From positions 190,216,001-190,280,000 of the forward strand of contig OZ024742.1 in assembly GCA_964016885.1 (NCBI GenBank): DNA of 64,000 nt, given 5' to 3'. The first letter of the stretch is position 1, and the number at the start of each line of letters is the position of its first letter. The notes under the pieces are model-generated. The model searched no databases. It was not told the origin of the DNA and worked only from the letters and a program-made list of their open reading frames with translations. Source of the stretch: Eledone cirrhosa. Taxonomy: Eukaryota. The position numbers were made by a program, and so were the translations under genes. Below are positions 30,082 to 43,679 of this stretch, piece after piece.

Positions 30082-30212
30082 TAATTGTTTCTACTTTTTG
30101 GCACAAGGCCAGCAAACACACCAGTGCATTACTGGTACTTTATTTTATCGACCCCGTAAGGATGAAAGGCAAAGTTAACCTCGGCAGGATTTGAACTCAG
30201 AATGGCAAGGGC
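30082..30212 (-). mobile_element. SINE family A, 5'-truncated
   Basis: Match to 51717-51845. Confidence 0.85.
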
Positions 30213-30711
30213 TGTCACATAAGATAATGAATGAAAGCAAGATAAAAAATAAAAAAGAAAGAGAGGGATATATATATATATGGTATTAGGATTGATGCTC
30301 TGAAATAGCGATGTATACATGAATGTATGTATAGTATATTTGGCAATATACCGTATGTTTAATTTAAAATATGTAGAAGACAATACGCTATCAGTTTTAA
30401 AGTAGTGACTATGTCACTTACTTCTTTTCTTCGCCGAAAGAAAGGAGAGAAGTTGACAGTCTATTTCACGCTGTTGGCGATCATCAGAGCAACGCACTCC
30501 CCGCTTTCGCCGAAGATTATAGCAGCTGGATTCTTATACAATTCCAGTAATAATCAGGAACTGATTATACAGAGCGATTGCCGGTCCAGCAAAAATTAGG
30601 TATTAGGATTGGTGCTCTGAAACAGCGATGTTTACATGAATGTATGTCTAGTATATATATACATATATATGTTTATCCCGGGTTCAATCGGGGATAATTT
30701 ATATCAATGTA

Positions 30712-30749
<38 letters not shown>

Positions 30750-30750
<1 letters not shown>

Positions 30751-31043
30751 TCAGAGCTGTATGGGAGCCTCCCAAGAGTCAGCTCAAAAGTGACACAGAG
30801 GAGACTGAGGTTAGCTGGACATAGTCACCGACATCCAGAGTTGACTGCACTCAGTGCTCCTGTGGGAGCCCCTACATGGACACACTGGAAGAGGAAGACC
30901 AAGGTTAACGTATGTTGATGCCCTAAGGACAGACACTGGTCTGTTGGAGACGCAGGACATGGCAGCGATAATGAGGGACAGAGACCGCTGGAGAGAACTC
31001 GTCCATGGATCTCGGGAATTTTACCCGCCCTAGATAGATAGAT
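30750..31043 (+). mobile_element. RTE-type LINE 3' end with (GATA)n tail in (TA)n
   Basis: LYGSLPRVSSKVTQRRLRLAGH..RH...GRPRLTYVDAL..D...MRDRDRWRELV; sister copies at 31825-32078 and 40830-40936. Confidence 0.8.
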
Positions 31044-31477
31044 ATATATATATTCGGTGTACAAGGATGCAGTTCACTTCCAGCACGCAACACCATATTC
31101 CCAATGACAGGGGTTACGGAGTATATTAATAAAGATGAAAATGTGAAGTTGAAGGTGTCCTTTATTATTTCAGTCGTTATATATATTTCAATGACGATAA
31201 ACATCGTGATCTCTTAGGACAGCAAAAATTGATTAAAAGGTAACATTTCTGAGGCAATTTTATTTGGAAGGGAGCGGACTAAAAAAATGTGTTTTTGCTT
31301 TGGCTGTCCGCCCCCTTCTGGTTTCATGCCATCCAGACATCTCTGCGCATGTCGTAGGGGTGTGTGGGCGGCTGACCCCCTTCACCTACACCCAACCTTT
31401 ATGTTCTCACTATCCACCAATCTTCCACCTCCTCGCCCGGCAACTCGATATGGTCAGTGGGAGTTCAAACCAGCCAA

Positions 31478-31622
31478 AATTTACTGCTAGCTTTGGCAAC
31501 CAGTAGGATTTCGGTGAATTTGTACCCACCATCCGTTTATGGCGGGATAATCACCCCCGAAGCGAGCGAGAAAGTCCCCTTCTGCTATGATTAATATAAC
31601 TTGCCAAAGCTAGCAGCAAATT
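31478..31622. repeat. 145 bp unit bounded by 22 bp inverted repeats with an internal hairpin (MITE-like or structured RNA)
   Basis: AATTTACTGCTAGCTTTGGCAA ... TTGCCAAAGCTAGCAGCAAATT (1 mismatch); internal GGTGA..CCC.CCAT/ATGG.GGG..TCACC pairing. Confidence 0.6.
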
Positions 31623-31691
31623 GTTTATCCCAGGTTTATCCCGGGTTCAATCGGGGGTAATATATATTTATATATATATCAATCTCCTCCC

Positions 31692-31818
<127 letters not shown>

Positions 31819-31824
31819 TATATA

Positions 31825-32073
31825 TATCTATATCTATCTAAGGCGGGTAAAATTCCCGAGATCCATGGACGAGTTCTCTCCAGCGGTCTCTGTCCCTCAT
31901 TATCGCTGCCATATCCTGCATCTCCAACAGACCAGTGTCAGTCCTTAGGGCATCAACATATGTTAACCTTGGTCTTCCTCTTCTAGTGTGTCCATGTAGG
32001 GGCTCCGAAAGGAGCACTGAGTGCAATGTCAACTCTGGATGTCGGTGAGCATGTCCAGCCAACCTCAGTCTCC

Positions 32074-32078
<5 letters not shown>
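31825..32078 (-). mobile_element. RTE-type LINE 3' end
   Basis: ORF AGHAHRHPE...RRGRPRLTYVDALRTDTG...MRDRDRWRELV; highly similar to 30785-31043. Confidence 0.8.
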
Positions 32079-32139
<61 letters not shown>

Positions 32140-32254
32140 TAGAAAGAAGAAGGAGGGAAATTAATAAATAAGTAAAGAAAGAAAGAAATAACGAAAGTAG
32201 TGATTGAAGAAAAAACTTTAAATTTTTAATATAACTCCATGTTGCCTTGAAAGT

Positions 32255-32440
32255 GTAGGATTGGTGGTCTGAGAGAGCTGAGTCTACATTAGATGTTTGG
32301 TCAACAAGGTTGTCATGAAAGGGCTGGATTAGGGAATGAGCTGAGTCTATTTTAAATATTCGGCCAACAAGGTTGTCATGAAAGGGCTGGATCGGTGAAG
32401 TGGGAGTCGGAGTCTATTTTAAATGTTTGGTCAGCAAGGT
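32255..32440. repeat. Three-copy ~63-68 bp tandem repeat
   Basis: GAGTCTA.....ATGTTTGGTCAACAAGGTTGTCATGAAAGGGCTGGAT recurs with variation. Confidence 0.75.
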
Positions 32441-33331
32441 ACGACGTAAAATATGTGAACTGGCCCTTGGAGCCTCACTTCAAACAATTCTTTTTCACCG
32501 TCTTTAAAGGCTTGTTGTAGCTGTGTGATCACTTGTAAGATGCTGACGACAGCAATGTCTCCAGATCTTCCTCTATTTTATATATCTACACACACATGTA
32601 CATACATATACACTCACATACGCATGCTGACAGGCAGAAACACAGACACACATATGCTGACACACACGTATACACACACATGCTTACACACACGCGTATA
32701 GACACGCTCTCACTCATTCTGGCGTTGATAAACACACACACACGCACCAGACACACACACACACACACACACGCACACAAAATATATACGCAGAAACATA
32801 TACGCATACATACAAACACTCAACTTCACATATAAACATGCACACACATACCTAAACACACACACACACTAACACAACTATTGAGAGACATACACACGCT
32901 CACGCTCGCACAATTATACGCTCATAAACACTCATCACATACATACACATACACACATTGATGGACATACGCATAGAAAACAGAAACACGAATGCACAAA
33001 CACGCACGCAAATTCAATGAAACGCATACACTCACATACACATGGACATACGCACAGAAGACACAAACACGAATGCATAAACACGCACACAAACTCAATG
33101 AAACGCATACACAAACAGAAACACATAAATATATATACACAGCCAATAGACTTGGTTATAAGAGGCTTCACTGCTAAATATCTTCTGTCCCTTTAATGCA
33201 GTTACTGTCCATTTAGTTGTGTCTGACTTTACCATCTCCCTAGTCCACACACTCACACGCACACACACACAAACATATATACGTATATATATATACACAC
33301 ATATATATACGTATATATATCTACACATATA

Positions 33332-33427
<96 letters not shown>

Positions 33428-33596
33428 CATATAAATATATATATATATATACACACACTGCCATCTACAAAAGTCCCCAGCTAACGTCAGATCACTTTAT
33501 ACTTCAGAGTTATGTGGCGTTCGTTGTCTTGTGATGTCTTCATATTAGCATAGAGCTTATACACAGACACACACACACACATACACACACACACAC

Positions 33597-33666
<70 letters not shown>

Positions 33667-33704
33667 GGATAGATAGATAACAAATATATATATATAATAA
33701 AGAT

Positions 33705-33742
<38 letters not shown>

Positions 33743-33992
33743 CATGTATATATATATAGAGAGAGAGAGCGAGACATAGAGAGAGACAGAGAGATAGAGA
33801 TATATATATATATATAGAGATAGAGAATATAGAGAGAGAGATAACATATATATATATAATTACCTTTTCTACGGAAATACTTAACACACACACATAAATA
33901 TAACGTATATATTATGTGAACATGATCTCAGTTATCAATGAGACAGGCAATCTATTTATATACCTCCATATTCCTACCTATGATGTATGTAT

Positions 33993-34036
<44 letters not shown>

Positions 34037-35078
34037 GTATCTCTTTACATATCTAACTCTCGTTCTACCTGCCTACGTATGAAACAATCAATCTATCTAT
34101 CTAGCTAGGACTTTGTACTCTATGTAACGTGGTGTCTCTCTTATGAAGTCTTCATATTAAAATGGCTGCCTCCATGAAGACAGTTCCTTCATCAAACAGA
34201 CCAATCCAACGCCATAGCTATTTGCCGTTATAGCTTCTCACGGATTGGCCTTCAAGTCTCACTTTGGCATGTCTTTGAACCCACTGCAACATTACATCGT
34301 TGTAATAACTATCCTCCACGACGCACGCACATGCACAGACAAACACACATGTTCCCTACATTCTTTCTTTCTCGCTTTCTCTCTTTGACTGACTATCGTT
34401 TACAACGTCTCAGTCTATCTACTTAATTGTAATTAATTTACACCGAGAGCGAACGGTTGGCTCAGATGAATGATCAGCAGGAGGACGAAAATAAATTCTT
34501 TATCTCCTTCTTGGATGTGTTCATGCGCATGCCCAATCGATCTCGGAAGACTGAGTGTCGGTTAAATGTCAATGATTTAATCCGGCAGTCTAACCAGCCA
34601 GACAATGCAATTTTCAATGGTATTTTTAAAGTGATATGTTAATATCTTATTTCAACATAGCTATGTCGTGCTGAACTATTTAGAATGTGTTTGCTTAAAG
34701 TAAATCCTACGATACAAGGTTCGATTTTAAGGTTATTAAGTATTTAAGGTATTAAATACCAAATACTAATTTTGCTATTAATTTTCCGCCTTAGATTTTG
34801 TGTTTGAAAAAGAGGAACATAATATTCCAGTTTCGGGCAAATTCCATTGGATTCTTTTCAACAGATTTACTCGATTGACGCTCTATCAATATTTCCTGAA
34901 CTACGATGTTTTTAAATATATAAAATAGATGTATCTAATATTGTTACTAAAGTTAGTATAACTAATATGGTATTATAATCACATACATAGATTGATATGT
35001 AAGAAGTAGCAGTGAAATCTTTACCAAACTATATTTATCTGTTATATATAAACATAAAGATGCCGGACATATGAAATG

Positions 35079-35122
<44 letters not shown>

Positions 35123-35263
35123 TGATCATTAACAGCTGCTCTTACAATTAATTACACACCCCAATATTAACATACTTTTGCTCATAGCTTCGTACTTACA
35201 TGCACACACACTCTTTTACTCACATATACATACACATTTCTTCTTAGCTTCGTACGGACATAT

Positions 35264-35363
<100 letters not shown>

Positions 35364-35494
35364 GTATAGCTCTTTTTACAAAATGTTTTTTTTATCATTT
35401 TAGGTTGACGCGCTCCATCATCCACTTTTCTAAAAAATAAATCATACACAAAACGCCAGGACCCACAGTTTTGCAAGAGATGTCAACATGAATG

Positions 35495-35697
35495 GACCTG
35501 TTATTTTTATCTAAAGACATTTTTTCCAATTCCATTCAACCCGTCCCCTCAATCTATTTTATTTCTCATTTTTCTTCTGATGAAGGACTAGCGTCCGAAA
35601 CATTAAAACCCTCTTCCTGCTATATCAAGCGTTAACCTAATATTTCCCTTCTATATACTGTACCGATTGTGTTGTTATTTCTGTTTACCTTTTACAT
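35495..35697 (+). mobile_element. PLE pLTR fragment with hammerhead core (35577-35605), copy of 5768-5970
   Basis: Identical TTCTGATGAAGGACTAGCGTCCGAAAC and colinear flanks. Confidence 0.75.
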
Positions 35698-35751
<54 letters not shown>

Positions 35752-35754
35752 GCA

Positions 35755-35828
<74 letters not shown>

Positions 35829-35875
35829 CGTGCGTGCGCACGTGTGTGTGTGCGCGCGCGTGTGTGCGCGTGTGT

Positions 35876-35928
<53 letters not shown>

Positions 35929-35929
<1 letters not shown>

Positions 35930-36039
35930 CACAAGCCGAAACCACTTAGCGTCGTGGTCGGAATTATACCTATCACTATTATCTACACTCTGCATCTCCA
36001 CAGGCATTGAGTACTTAACGGTCTCTTCGGTTTCAGGAC

Positions 36040-36045
<6 letters not shown>
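35929..36045 (+). mobile_element. PLE 3' end carrying the 3' half of a hammerhead
   Basis: GAAA-CCAC(TTAGCGTC)GTGG-TC at 35938-35959; TTGAGTAC at 36007-36014; lies between (TG)n and (CT)n. Confidence 0.55.
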
Positions 36046-36102
<57 letters not shown>

Positions 36103-36194
36103 GCACACACACACACACACACACACACTCTCTCTCTGTAATATATTCCTTCAATATACTGTTGTACCGATTGTGTTATTTTTGTTTACCCTTT

Positions 36195-36229
<35 letters not shown>

Positions 36230-36232
<3 letters not shown>

Positions 36233-36840
36233 GAAAGTTAGAGTTAATAACTCTTACTGAAACCCTGTAATCAATAAGCTCAAAGTATAAATACCGAGCA
36301 TTATAATAATAATATATATGTAGTAAGAAACACAGTACATCGTGTGTCTAATATTACTAGGGTTGAAAGACCACATTTGTTTGAAATATTTAACCATGAA
36401 GCAGACAGAATGATAAAATAAAATTGAATTATATTATACAAACCGCCTCAATAACAATTATATCTCTCGGACAGATTAATGTTTCGCCCTGAGTGTGTTT
36501 GTAACAGATAATCCATGGGCATCATCAGCGAGAGAATCTGATTAAATGCGACAAACACCTAGAACCAACGTTGGTTCTAGGTGTTTGTCGCATTTAATCA
36601 GATTCTCTCGCTGATGATGCCCATGGATTATCTGTTACAAACACACTCAGGGCGAAACATTAATCTGTCCGAGAGATATAATTGTTATTGAGGCGGTTTG
36701 TATAATATAATTTAATTTTATTTTATCATTCTGTCTGCTTCATGGTTAAATATTTCAAACAAATGTGGTCTTTCAACCCTAGTAATATTAGACACACGAT
36801 GTACTGTGTTTTTTACTACATATATATTATTATTATATAT
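36230..36840. mobile_element. Spacerless 536 bp palindrome (36302-36837, centre 36569/36570) with tail 36230-36301, in (TA)n
   Basis: Arms are reverse complements with ~2 mismatches around CCAACGTTGG; hammerhead in each arm. Confidence 0.85.
36604..36676 (+). ncRNA. Complete type I hammerhead ribozyme (mirror copy 36463-36535 on -)
   Basis: Stem I TCTCTCG/CGAGAGA, CTGATGA 36611-36617, stem II GCCC...GGGC, GAAA 36654-36657, stem III ACA(TTAATC)TGT, GUC cleavage triplet ending 36669. Confidence 0.88.
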
Positions 36841-36941
36841 ATATAGTTAGGAAAGCAGAAAATTGCTTATTTTAATCAAGTTCGTGGTTAAGATATCCAG
36901 TTTCATATATATATATATTCTCTCACTATATATATATATAT

Positions 36942-37045
<104 letters not shown>

Positions 37046-37344
37046 TGAGTGAGAGAGAGGGGAAGGGGGATAATAACGAAATGCGAAGTAAATGAATTGT
37101 TAAAAAGTCCTTTATTAACAAAGTTGTGATACATATTTCAATGGCGATAGTGGCTACGTGATTGTTCAATCATATGTCTGAAAACTCGATATCATCAGAA
37201 AACATCTTAGGTAATAAGGTTACTTTTCCGAGGCAATCTAATCTAAAGACAAGGGAACGGACAGAAATGTTTTCCTAGTCGAAGTCAGTTACCTGATTGG
37301 TGCATTGCATATGCAACCCAAAGTAGTCAACATGTTTACAGTAA

Positions 37345-37417
<73 letters not shown>

Positions 37418-37423
<6 letters not shown>

Positions 37424-37626
37424 TAACATTAAAGTTTAAGCAAAGAATCGCTGCTTTCACCTTAACGGATCTTCAGAAGATCCCGTTAAGGGTGAAAGCA
37501 GCGATTCTTTGCTTAAACTTTAATCTGTTATTTTAATAAATATTTGCTCTACGGTCCTTATATATTTGATATATATTTATCCTTATCGAGCCCTCTTTGG
37601 ATTTTAGTCTTCAAATTTATTATTAT

Positions 37627-37630
<4 letters not shown>
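37418..37630. mobile_element. Short fold-back palindrome (37418-37536, apex 37475) with tail 37537-37630, in (TA)n
   Basis: On - the apex reads CTGAAGA-TCCGTTAAGGT-GAAAGC, a hammerhead-core arrangement; stem III unclear. Confidence 0.65.
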
Positions 37631-37653
<23 letters not shown>

Positions 37654-37662
<9 letters not shown>

Positions 37663-40176
37663 ATGCTTTGGGAGGGTCATGTTGCCAATAAGAAACACAC
37701 GTACCAGTTGCTTTCACTCCAATTTATTATAAATTAAATTTATAAATTTAGGAATTTATAAATTTCCGGTTGGTTGGTTGGTTCCACAACCGGAGGGTTG
37801 TTCATATATTGTCAAAGTTCTTTCGTCACACATTCTGTGACCTCTTCAGTGACTGGAGATTCTTTTCTTTGTTTTTGTGCCTCTCTCTTGTTCTGTCCTA
37901 CGCCATCTTGTTTTTGTGTGTGGTGTGTGCTTAGTTTGCGCATGTGTTACATCCGGGTGTCTGTGTGTGTTTATATTTGTTTATTTATTTGTTTATTTAC
38001 ATGTTACTGGTTGGTTGTTTGTTCTATGTGTGTGTGTGTTTTCATTTTGTCCTTAATTGTAAGTTGTGATGTTGCTATTCCATTAATGTTTTCTATTTAA
38101 TTTTGGTTGGATTTTTCTGTGGAGAAATGCGTAGAAATGATCAGTGAGAGCAATATTGAATTCCGTAGGATTGATACCAGTGAGCTGGGACTCCTACTTA
38201 AACTTACCTATAGTAATGATTATCTAGATACATATGACCTTAGCAACCTGTGCCCTACAAGACCAGCAAGAGACAGACCACCTACCATTACCTCAATGGC
38301 CAAGAAAACCCAAACAGATAGATGGAATGGGTGAACCAGAGCCATACGGATCCCCGAATACCACGATGATTGCACATGCGATGGGGCCAGTATAGAATTA
38401 ACCCTTAAGGAACATATGTTCAAATTTAATGGAAAAACATATGCCCAAGAGGATGGAGCAGCCATTGGTGTTAGCATTGCAGGTGACATAGCTAACCTAC
38501 TCATGGTATGGTGGGATAATAGACTTAAACTTAAATTTAAAGAACAATTAGAAGACAGCAACCTCTTAACCCTGATAATGTACTCCTGCTACGTTGATGA
38601 TATAAATATCGTAAAAAAAACACCCCCACTAGAGAACAGTCAGGAATTAGAGAAAAACACCATGGAGAGCATCCAGCAAATAGCTAACTCCATCCACCAG
38701 AGTATTAGAGTTACTATAGACTACCCAAGCAAACACCCCAACCATCGATTACCTGTACTAGACACAGAGCTCTGGTTAGAAACCATTAATAACAAAAAAC
38801 AAATCCTCCATTCCCATTATGCCAAACCCATGACTTCCAAATATCTGATCCACCGAAACTCAGCTGTTTCGGACCATACCAAAATCAACATACTGAATGC
38901 GGATTTGGTACGGGTGATGAGAAACGTGTCCTGCATGTGCAACTCCAAAGAACTAGAGAGACACATACAACACTTCATCCACCGTATACAGTTCTCTGGT
39001 TACAATCAGAGAGATAAAATCAGAGTATAAAATCAGGAGCCAGAACCAAATGGGAAAAAATGGTAAATAATGATACAAATTGGAATTGCCCCTTGTATAG
39101 GAGCACATTTTGGAATAGAATAGAAAGAACTAGGAATAAGGTTAATAGAATAAACTCATGGTATGATAGCAATAAATACCATGAGTGTAATGTTCATCAA
39201 TACAACCCCTAGAGTTGAATTAGCTTACAAATTTAGAAGGGCGCTAGATAAACATAAACTCAATATTAAGATAGTAGAAAGACCAGGTACCTCCATAAAA
39301 ACACTTATTAGCAATACATACCCTTTTCAAAGACCTCCCTGTATAGATAAGAAATGTATATGTAAACGAAGCTTCCATATTAACTGTACAACTAGAAATG
39401 TAGTATATAGCATAAGATGTACTGAAGGACAATATAGAGATAATAATATAGTGTACATAGGTGAGACAGCTCGTAGTATAGGAGAACGGATAAATGAACA
39501 CTGGCGAGAGCTTCAAGATAGAAAAGAATCATATGTACTGCACCAACATGCTAAAATAGAACATAAGGTAAATTAGAGAACATAGAAATACAAATAGAAT
39601 CTACACACAGAAAAGACGCAATGTTTAGACAAATCACAGAGGCAATAAACATAAATGAACTCCAACCAAAATTAAATAGAAAACATGAATGGAATAGCAA
39701 CATCACAACTTACAATTAAGGACAAAATGAAAATACACACACACATAGAACAAACAACCAACCAGTAACATGTAAATAAACAAATAAATAAGCAAATATA
39801 AACACACACAGACACCCGGATGTAACACATGCGCAAACTAAGCACACAACACACACAAAAAACAAGATGGCGTAGGACAGAACAAAGGAGAGGCACAAAA
39901 ACAAAGAAACGAACCCTCAGTCACTGAAGAGGTCACAGAATGTGTGACGAAAGAACTTTGACAATATATGAACAACCGTCCGGTAGTGGAACCACCCAAC
40001 CAACCGGAAATTTATAAATTCTTAAATTTATAAATTTAATTTATAATAAATTGGAGTGAAAGCAACTGGTACGTGTGTTTCTTATTGGCAATATGACCCT
40101 TCCAAAGCATAACAATATCGGTTTCAACACACGTTTTCAGATAAAGAATCTTGCTAAACAAATTCAGAAACGAAAT
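37654..40176 (+). mobile_element. Second Naiad-type PLE, inverted form (left arm 37654-38111), in (TA)n
   Basis: FKFNGKTYAQEDGAAIGVSIAGDIANLLMVWWD..YVDDI..DYPSKHPNHRLPVLD..HYAKPMTS, PCIDKKC linker and VVYSIRC..YIGETARS..INEH..HQHAKIEH; several frameshifts and stops. Confidence 0.9.
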
Positions 40177-40194
40177 ATATATATATATATATAT

Positions 40195-40582
40195 GGGATA
40201 ACAAATTGTCGTTATAGATAATCCAGTTAGAGGTCGTGATTACTCTGTATTGTGGATAGTTGGATAGTTTTGTTTGACTCAACAAGAAGTTTCCTTAGTT
40301 AGCGAGTTTTTAAGTTCTCGGGAGTTCCTATGCAAGTTAATTTTTTTTCTTTCTTTTTCTTTATTATTGTTATTATAATTTGATATTCTCTAGTATATTA
40401 CAAACGCCGTGTATAATTTTAAACAGTTTTTCTGATGATTTGGTTAAGCATGCATTGTATTTAAAATTGAGTGACACAACTCCAAGTGATTAGCAATTTT
40501 TAGACAACCTAATCAATGAACCAATTGTTAATACTGTAAATAAACCCTTTTTGTACTGTTGACCATGTTATTCTTTACTCTT

Positions 40583-40587
<5 letters not shown>
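40195..40587 (+). mobile_element. Probable PLE 3' fragment with degenerate long-stem-II hammerhead (40423-40537)
   Basis: ACAGT..-CTGATGA(40432-40438)-TTTGGTT...AATCAAT-GAAC-CAATTG-TT..-ACTGT; bounded by (TA)n on both sides. Confidence 0.5.
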
Positions 40588-40632
<45 letters not shown>

Positions 40633-40633
<1 letters not shown>

Positions 40634-40824
40634 CGAAGGAAATGTGGTAAGGAACCGGATGGACCATAACGCACCAAAGTACTCAATACTTAAGGTAGTA
40701 GAGTGGTAATAGGAACATGTATGACCCCGACGGCAGAGCTCAAGCCGTTTCGACGGCTAATTCAGTCCAGAATTAGCCGTCGAAACGGCTTGAGCTCTGC
40801 CGTCGGGGTCATACTTGTTCCTAT
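40633..40824. mobile_element. Fold-back palindrome (40709-40824, loop 40764-40769) with hammerhead 3' half in each arm and tail 40633-40708
   Basis: GACGGCTAATTC(AGTCCA)GAATTAGCCGTC-GAAA-CGGC(TTGAGCTCT)GCCG-TC; solo tail copies at 41771-41819 and 62571-62653. Confidence 0.75.
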
Positions 40825-40829
40825 ATATA

Positions 40830-40936
40830 TATATATCTATCTAAGGCGGGTAAAATTCCCGAGATCCATGGACGAGTTCTCTCCAGCGGTCTCTGTCCCT
40901 CATTATCGCTGCCATATCCTGCATCTCTAACAGACC
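40830..40936 (-). mobile_element. RTE-type LINE extreme 3' end
   Basis: Near-identical to 31828-31933. Confidence 0.8.
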
Positions 40937-41729
40937 ATATATATATATATATAATATAGAAATTTGAGCGACTTCCGTCTGTGTTACACAGTGTGTATGT
41001 TTGTGTGGAAGTATGTGTGTGTAAAAGGAAGAAAGGGGCTGATGAAAATTCTATACCAAAACAGCGGCGGGCATTCCATTTGCTACGCTGTTTGTGAGTG
41101 TATGTGTGTTTGTGTGAATGTATGTATGTTTGTGTGAATGTATGTATTTGTGTGAATGTATGTCTGTGAATGTGTATTTTTGTATGTGTGCTTGTATTTG
41201 TGCGTTTATATTTATATACTCATTTATATAAATCTATACATATGCACATACACACAAGCACACATATATACACATACGCGCACAAAATTGCTAATATTTT
41301 TTAAAATTTCACGTGATGACACGCTGTCGCGTGGTGAAAATAGTTCTAGTGTATATATAATTGCCAGATATAGTGATGTTCATGTCGTATACCTCCTCCT
41401 ATATTGTGTCCTGCATTCTAAGCCCCGCACTTAAATACTCCCAGTGATTTCCTATCAAATATCCTCACTGTAGATGTTTCTGTTGCAGTAATCGACGTGC
41501 AACAATAAATTGAATATTCGCAGCATTAACCTGATCAGACACGGTCCCATGGGCCTGGCAGTATCATCAGAACAAATCCTTCCTCTAGACGCAACAAATA
41601 AAAAAAAGAGTTAGATTAAATATCTCGTGATATTTTCTTCAAAGGTCACATGTTTTTCAACGTTGTTTACAAACTTCAATAATAGACATTGGTGAAAGAT
41701 GTGTAACACACACAAACACAGATATACAC

Positions 41730-41772
<43 letters not shown>

Positions 41773-41825
41773 CTGGTGCGTTATTGTCCATCTTGTTCCT
41801 TATCACACTTCCTTCGTTATATATA

Positions 41826-41886
<61 letters not shown>

Positions 41887-41888
<2 letters not shown>

Positions 41889-43661
41889 AAAAATTTGAAC
41901 AGGGACAAAACAGAGAGGCAGTACAACGAATGTTTATTAATTTCACGCTCTGGAGAGTGGGGTGTTGGTGGGGGGACGACGTTTCGGGCATAAGCCCTTC
42001 CTCAGGTGGGAAGTGTGTGGGAACAGAGTTCAAAGGGTGTGTAGGGGAGTGGTCCAGAGACATATAGCGAAAGGAAACGGTGCGAATGAAAAAATAAAAA
42101 ATAAAGATAAAAATAAAAATAAAGCATGATCAAAATACAAGGAATGAGATAAATTTAAAAATAAAGGCATGATCAAAATAAACTGAAATTAAAAGGGGGG
42201 TAAACAGGTGGTGGAAGGGTGTGGGGTGTGTAGGGGTAGTGGCGGGTGGAGTGGGGAGAGGGAGACGGGGTGTCCGAGAGGGGAGGGCTGAAGGTGGTGT
42301 GTGTGTGTAGGTGTGCGTGTGTGTGTGTGTATGTGAAAGTAAGGGTTGGGGGAAGAACGGGGTTGCATGTTCAGGAAGAGGTGTCTGTGTGTGTGTGTGT
42401 GTGTGGGGGGGGGTCGGAGTGTCTGTGCGTGTGTGGATAGAGGGGTGGGGGGAGAGGAATCAGGAGGCTGAGGGTGTAAATATGTGGTGGAAAGCATGTG
42501 TGTGTGGTGTTTAAGCGTGTTGTGGGTGTAGGTGGCGTGTGGAGAAACATTTTTTTTGGGGTGTGTGTGTGTGGGTGAGTTATATAGGTGATTACGTAAG
42601 AGGATGGTTGAAAAGTTGGTAAATTCCGAAGATGTTTAGTGGATTGGTCGTTGGTCAATTTCTGCGTGTGGGTATTCCATGAAGCGATGGTCGGAAGAGG
42701 AGAGATGTGGGGTGCGCACGCAACAGGAAGTTGTCAGCAGTAGGAGTGTTGTGGTCTGTTTGTGCTGGGAGGTGGTCAGAGGGCATAGCAGCAGTCGGTG
42801 GAATGGTAAAGGGGCGAGGATGGGTAGGTGTGAAAGTTGGAGTGAGGAGGGTGTGTGTGTGTGTATTAGTAGGGGTGTTAGTGGGATGAGTGAGTGTGGA
42901 GCGAGGGTGTAGGTGGATCGGGGAGAGAAGGGTGTGTGTGGTTCTATGGAGGGAGTGTGGTGTACTGGTGTGTGTGTAGTTTGATGAAGAGGTGTTAGTG
43001 GGTGTTAGTATACGGGAGGTAGGGAGGGGTTGAATGCAGGTGTGAGTGGGGGTTAGTGGTGGTAGGGTGTGTAGAGTTGGTGGTGTACGAGGGTGTGTGG
43101 GTACGTGTGCGTGGGGTTGGGGAGTGTTAGTGATGTTAGTTGCTTGTGGGGTGGGTGGTGTAAGTGGGTGCGTGTGTTCGTGTGATTGGGGTTAGGGGGT
43201 GTTAGTGAGGTTAGTTGCGGGGTGGTGGGATGGAGGTGTGGGGGTGAGGGTGTGGGGGTGAGGGTTAGTGGTGGTAGTAGGGTGTGTGTTTAGTGTGAGC
43301 GCGTGTATATATGTGCCGGTGGGTGTGTGCGTGTGATGAGGAGGGGGAGGAGGAGAAGAGGGGAGGGAGGGGATGTTAGTATGTTAGTTGGGGAAGGGTG
43401 GTCAGATGGGGTGTGGAGTGGAGGTGTTAGTATTGTTAGTTGTGGGGTGGGCGGTGAAAAGGAGGGGTGTGTTAGTGGTGTTAGTGGGGGATAAGTGTGG
43501 GGGGAGGGGGCGGTCGAAGGCTAAAGGAATAAGGGTGGGGAGTTCAGGCCGGGGGGAGTGTGGGTCTGTAAGATGAAGATAGTTCGTTGTTCGACCGTAA
43601 GGCGATTGGCGGGTGTTCCGTGGCACTGGAGTAGGCCACAGACTGTGAGATGGCGTGCGAA
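41887..43661 (-). mobile_element. Neptune-like PLE 3' portion: GIY-YIG C-terminus (43521-43661), ~1.5 kb C-rich 3' region, hammerhead core (41975-42005)
   Basis: On -: HLTVCGLLQCHGTPANRLTVEQRTIFILQTHTPPGLN*, typical of the Neptune-type EN end (R..EQ..IF.L.T..P.GLN); CTGAGGA-A-GGGC(TTAT)GCCC-GAAACGTC; (TA)n at both ends. Confidence 0.75.
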
Positions 43662-43679
43662 ATATATATATATATATAT

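Noticed and set aside
32460-34640. Unique-looking islands as possible host exons
   Set aside because: No recognisable protein motif or consistent splice frame; small exons cannot be excluded without RNA-seq.
38332-38334. In-frame TGA in a Naiad-type ORF as possible selenocysteine
   Set aside because: Context DRWNG*TR fits a Trp nonsense mutation in a copy with many other lesions; Cys positions of the linker and EN use TGT, and no SECIS was recognised.
41540-41575. CTGATGA on the minus strand (also near 37192)
   Set aside because: No convincing stem II plus GAAA plus stem I arrangement.
42860-43500. Recurrent GTTAG/TTAGGG as interstitial telomeric repeat
   Set aside because: No tandem TTAGGG; the region is the low-complexity 3' spacer of the Neptune-like element.
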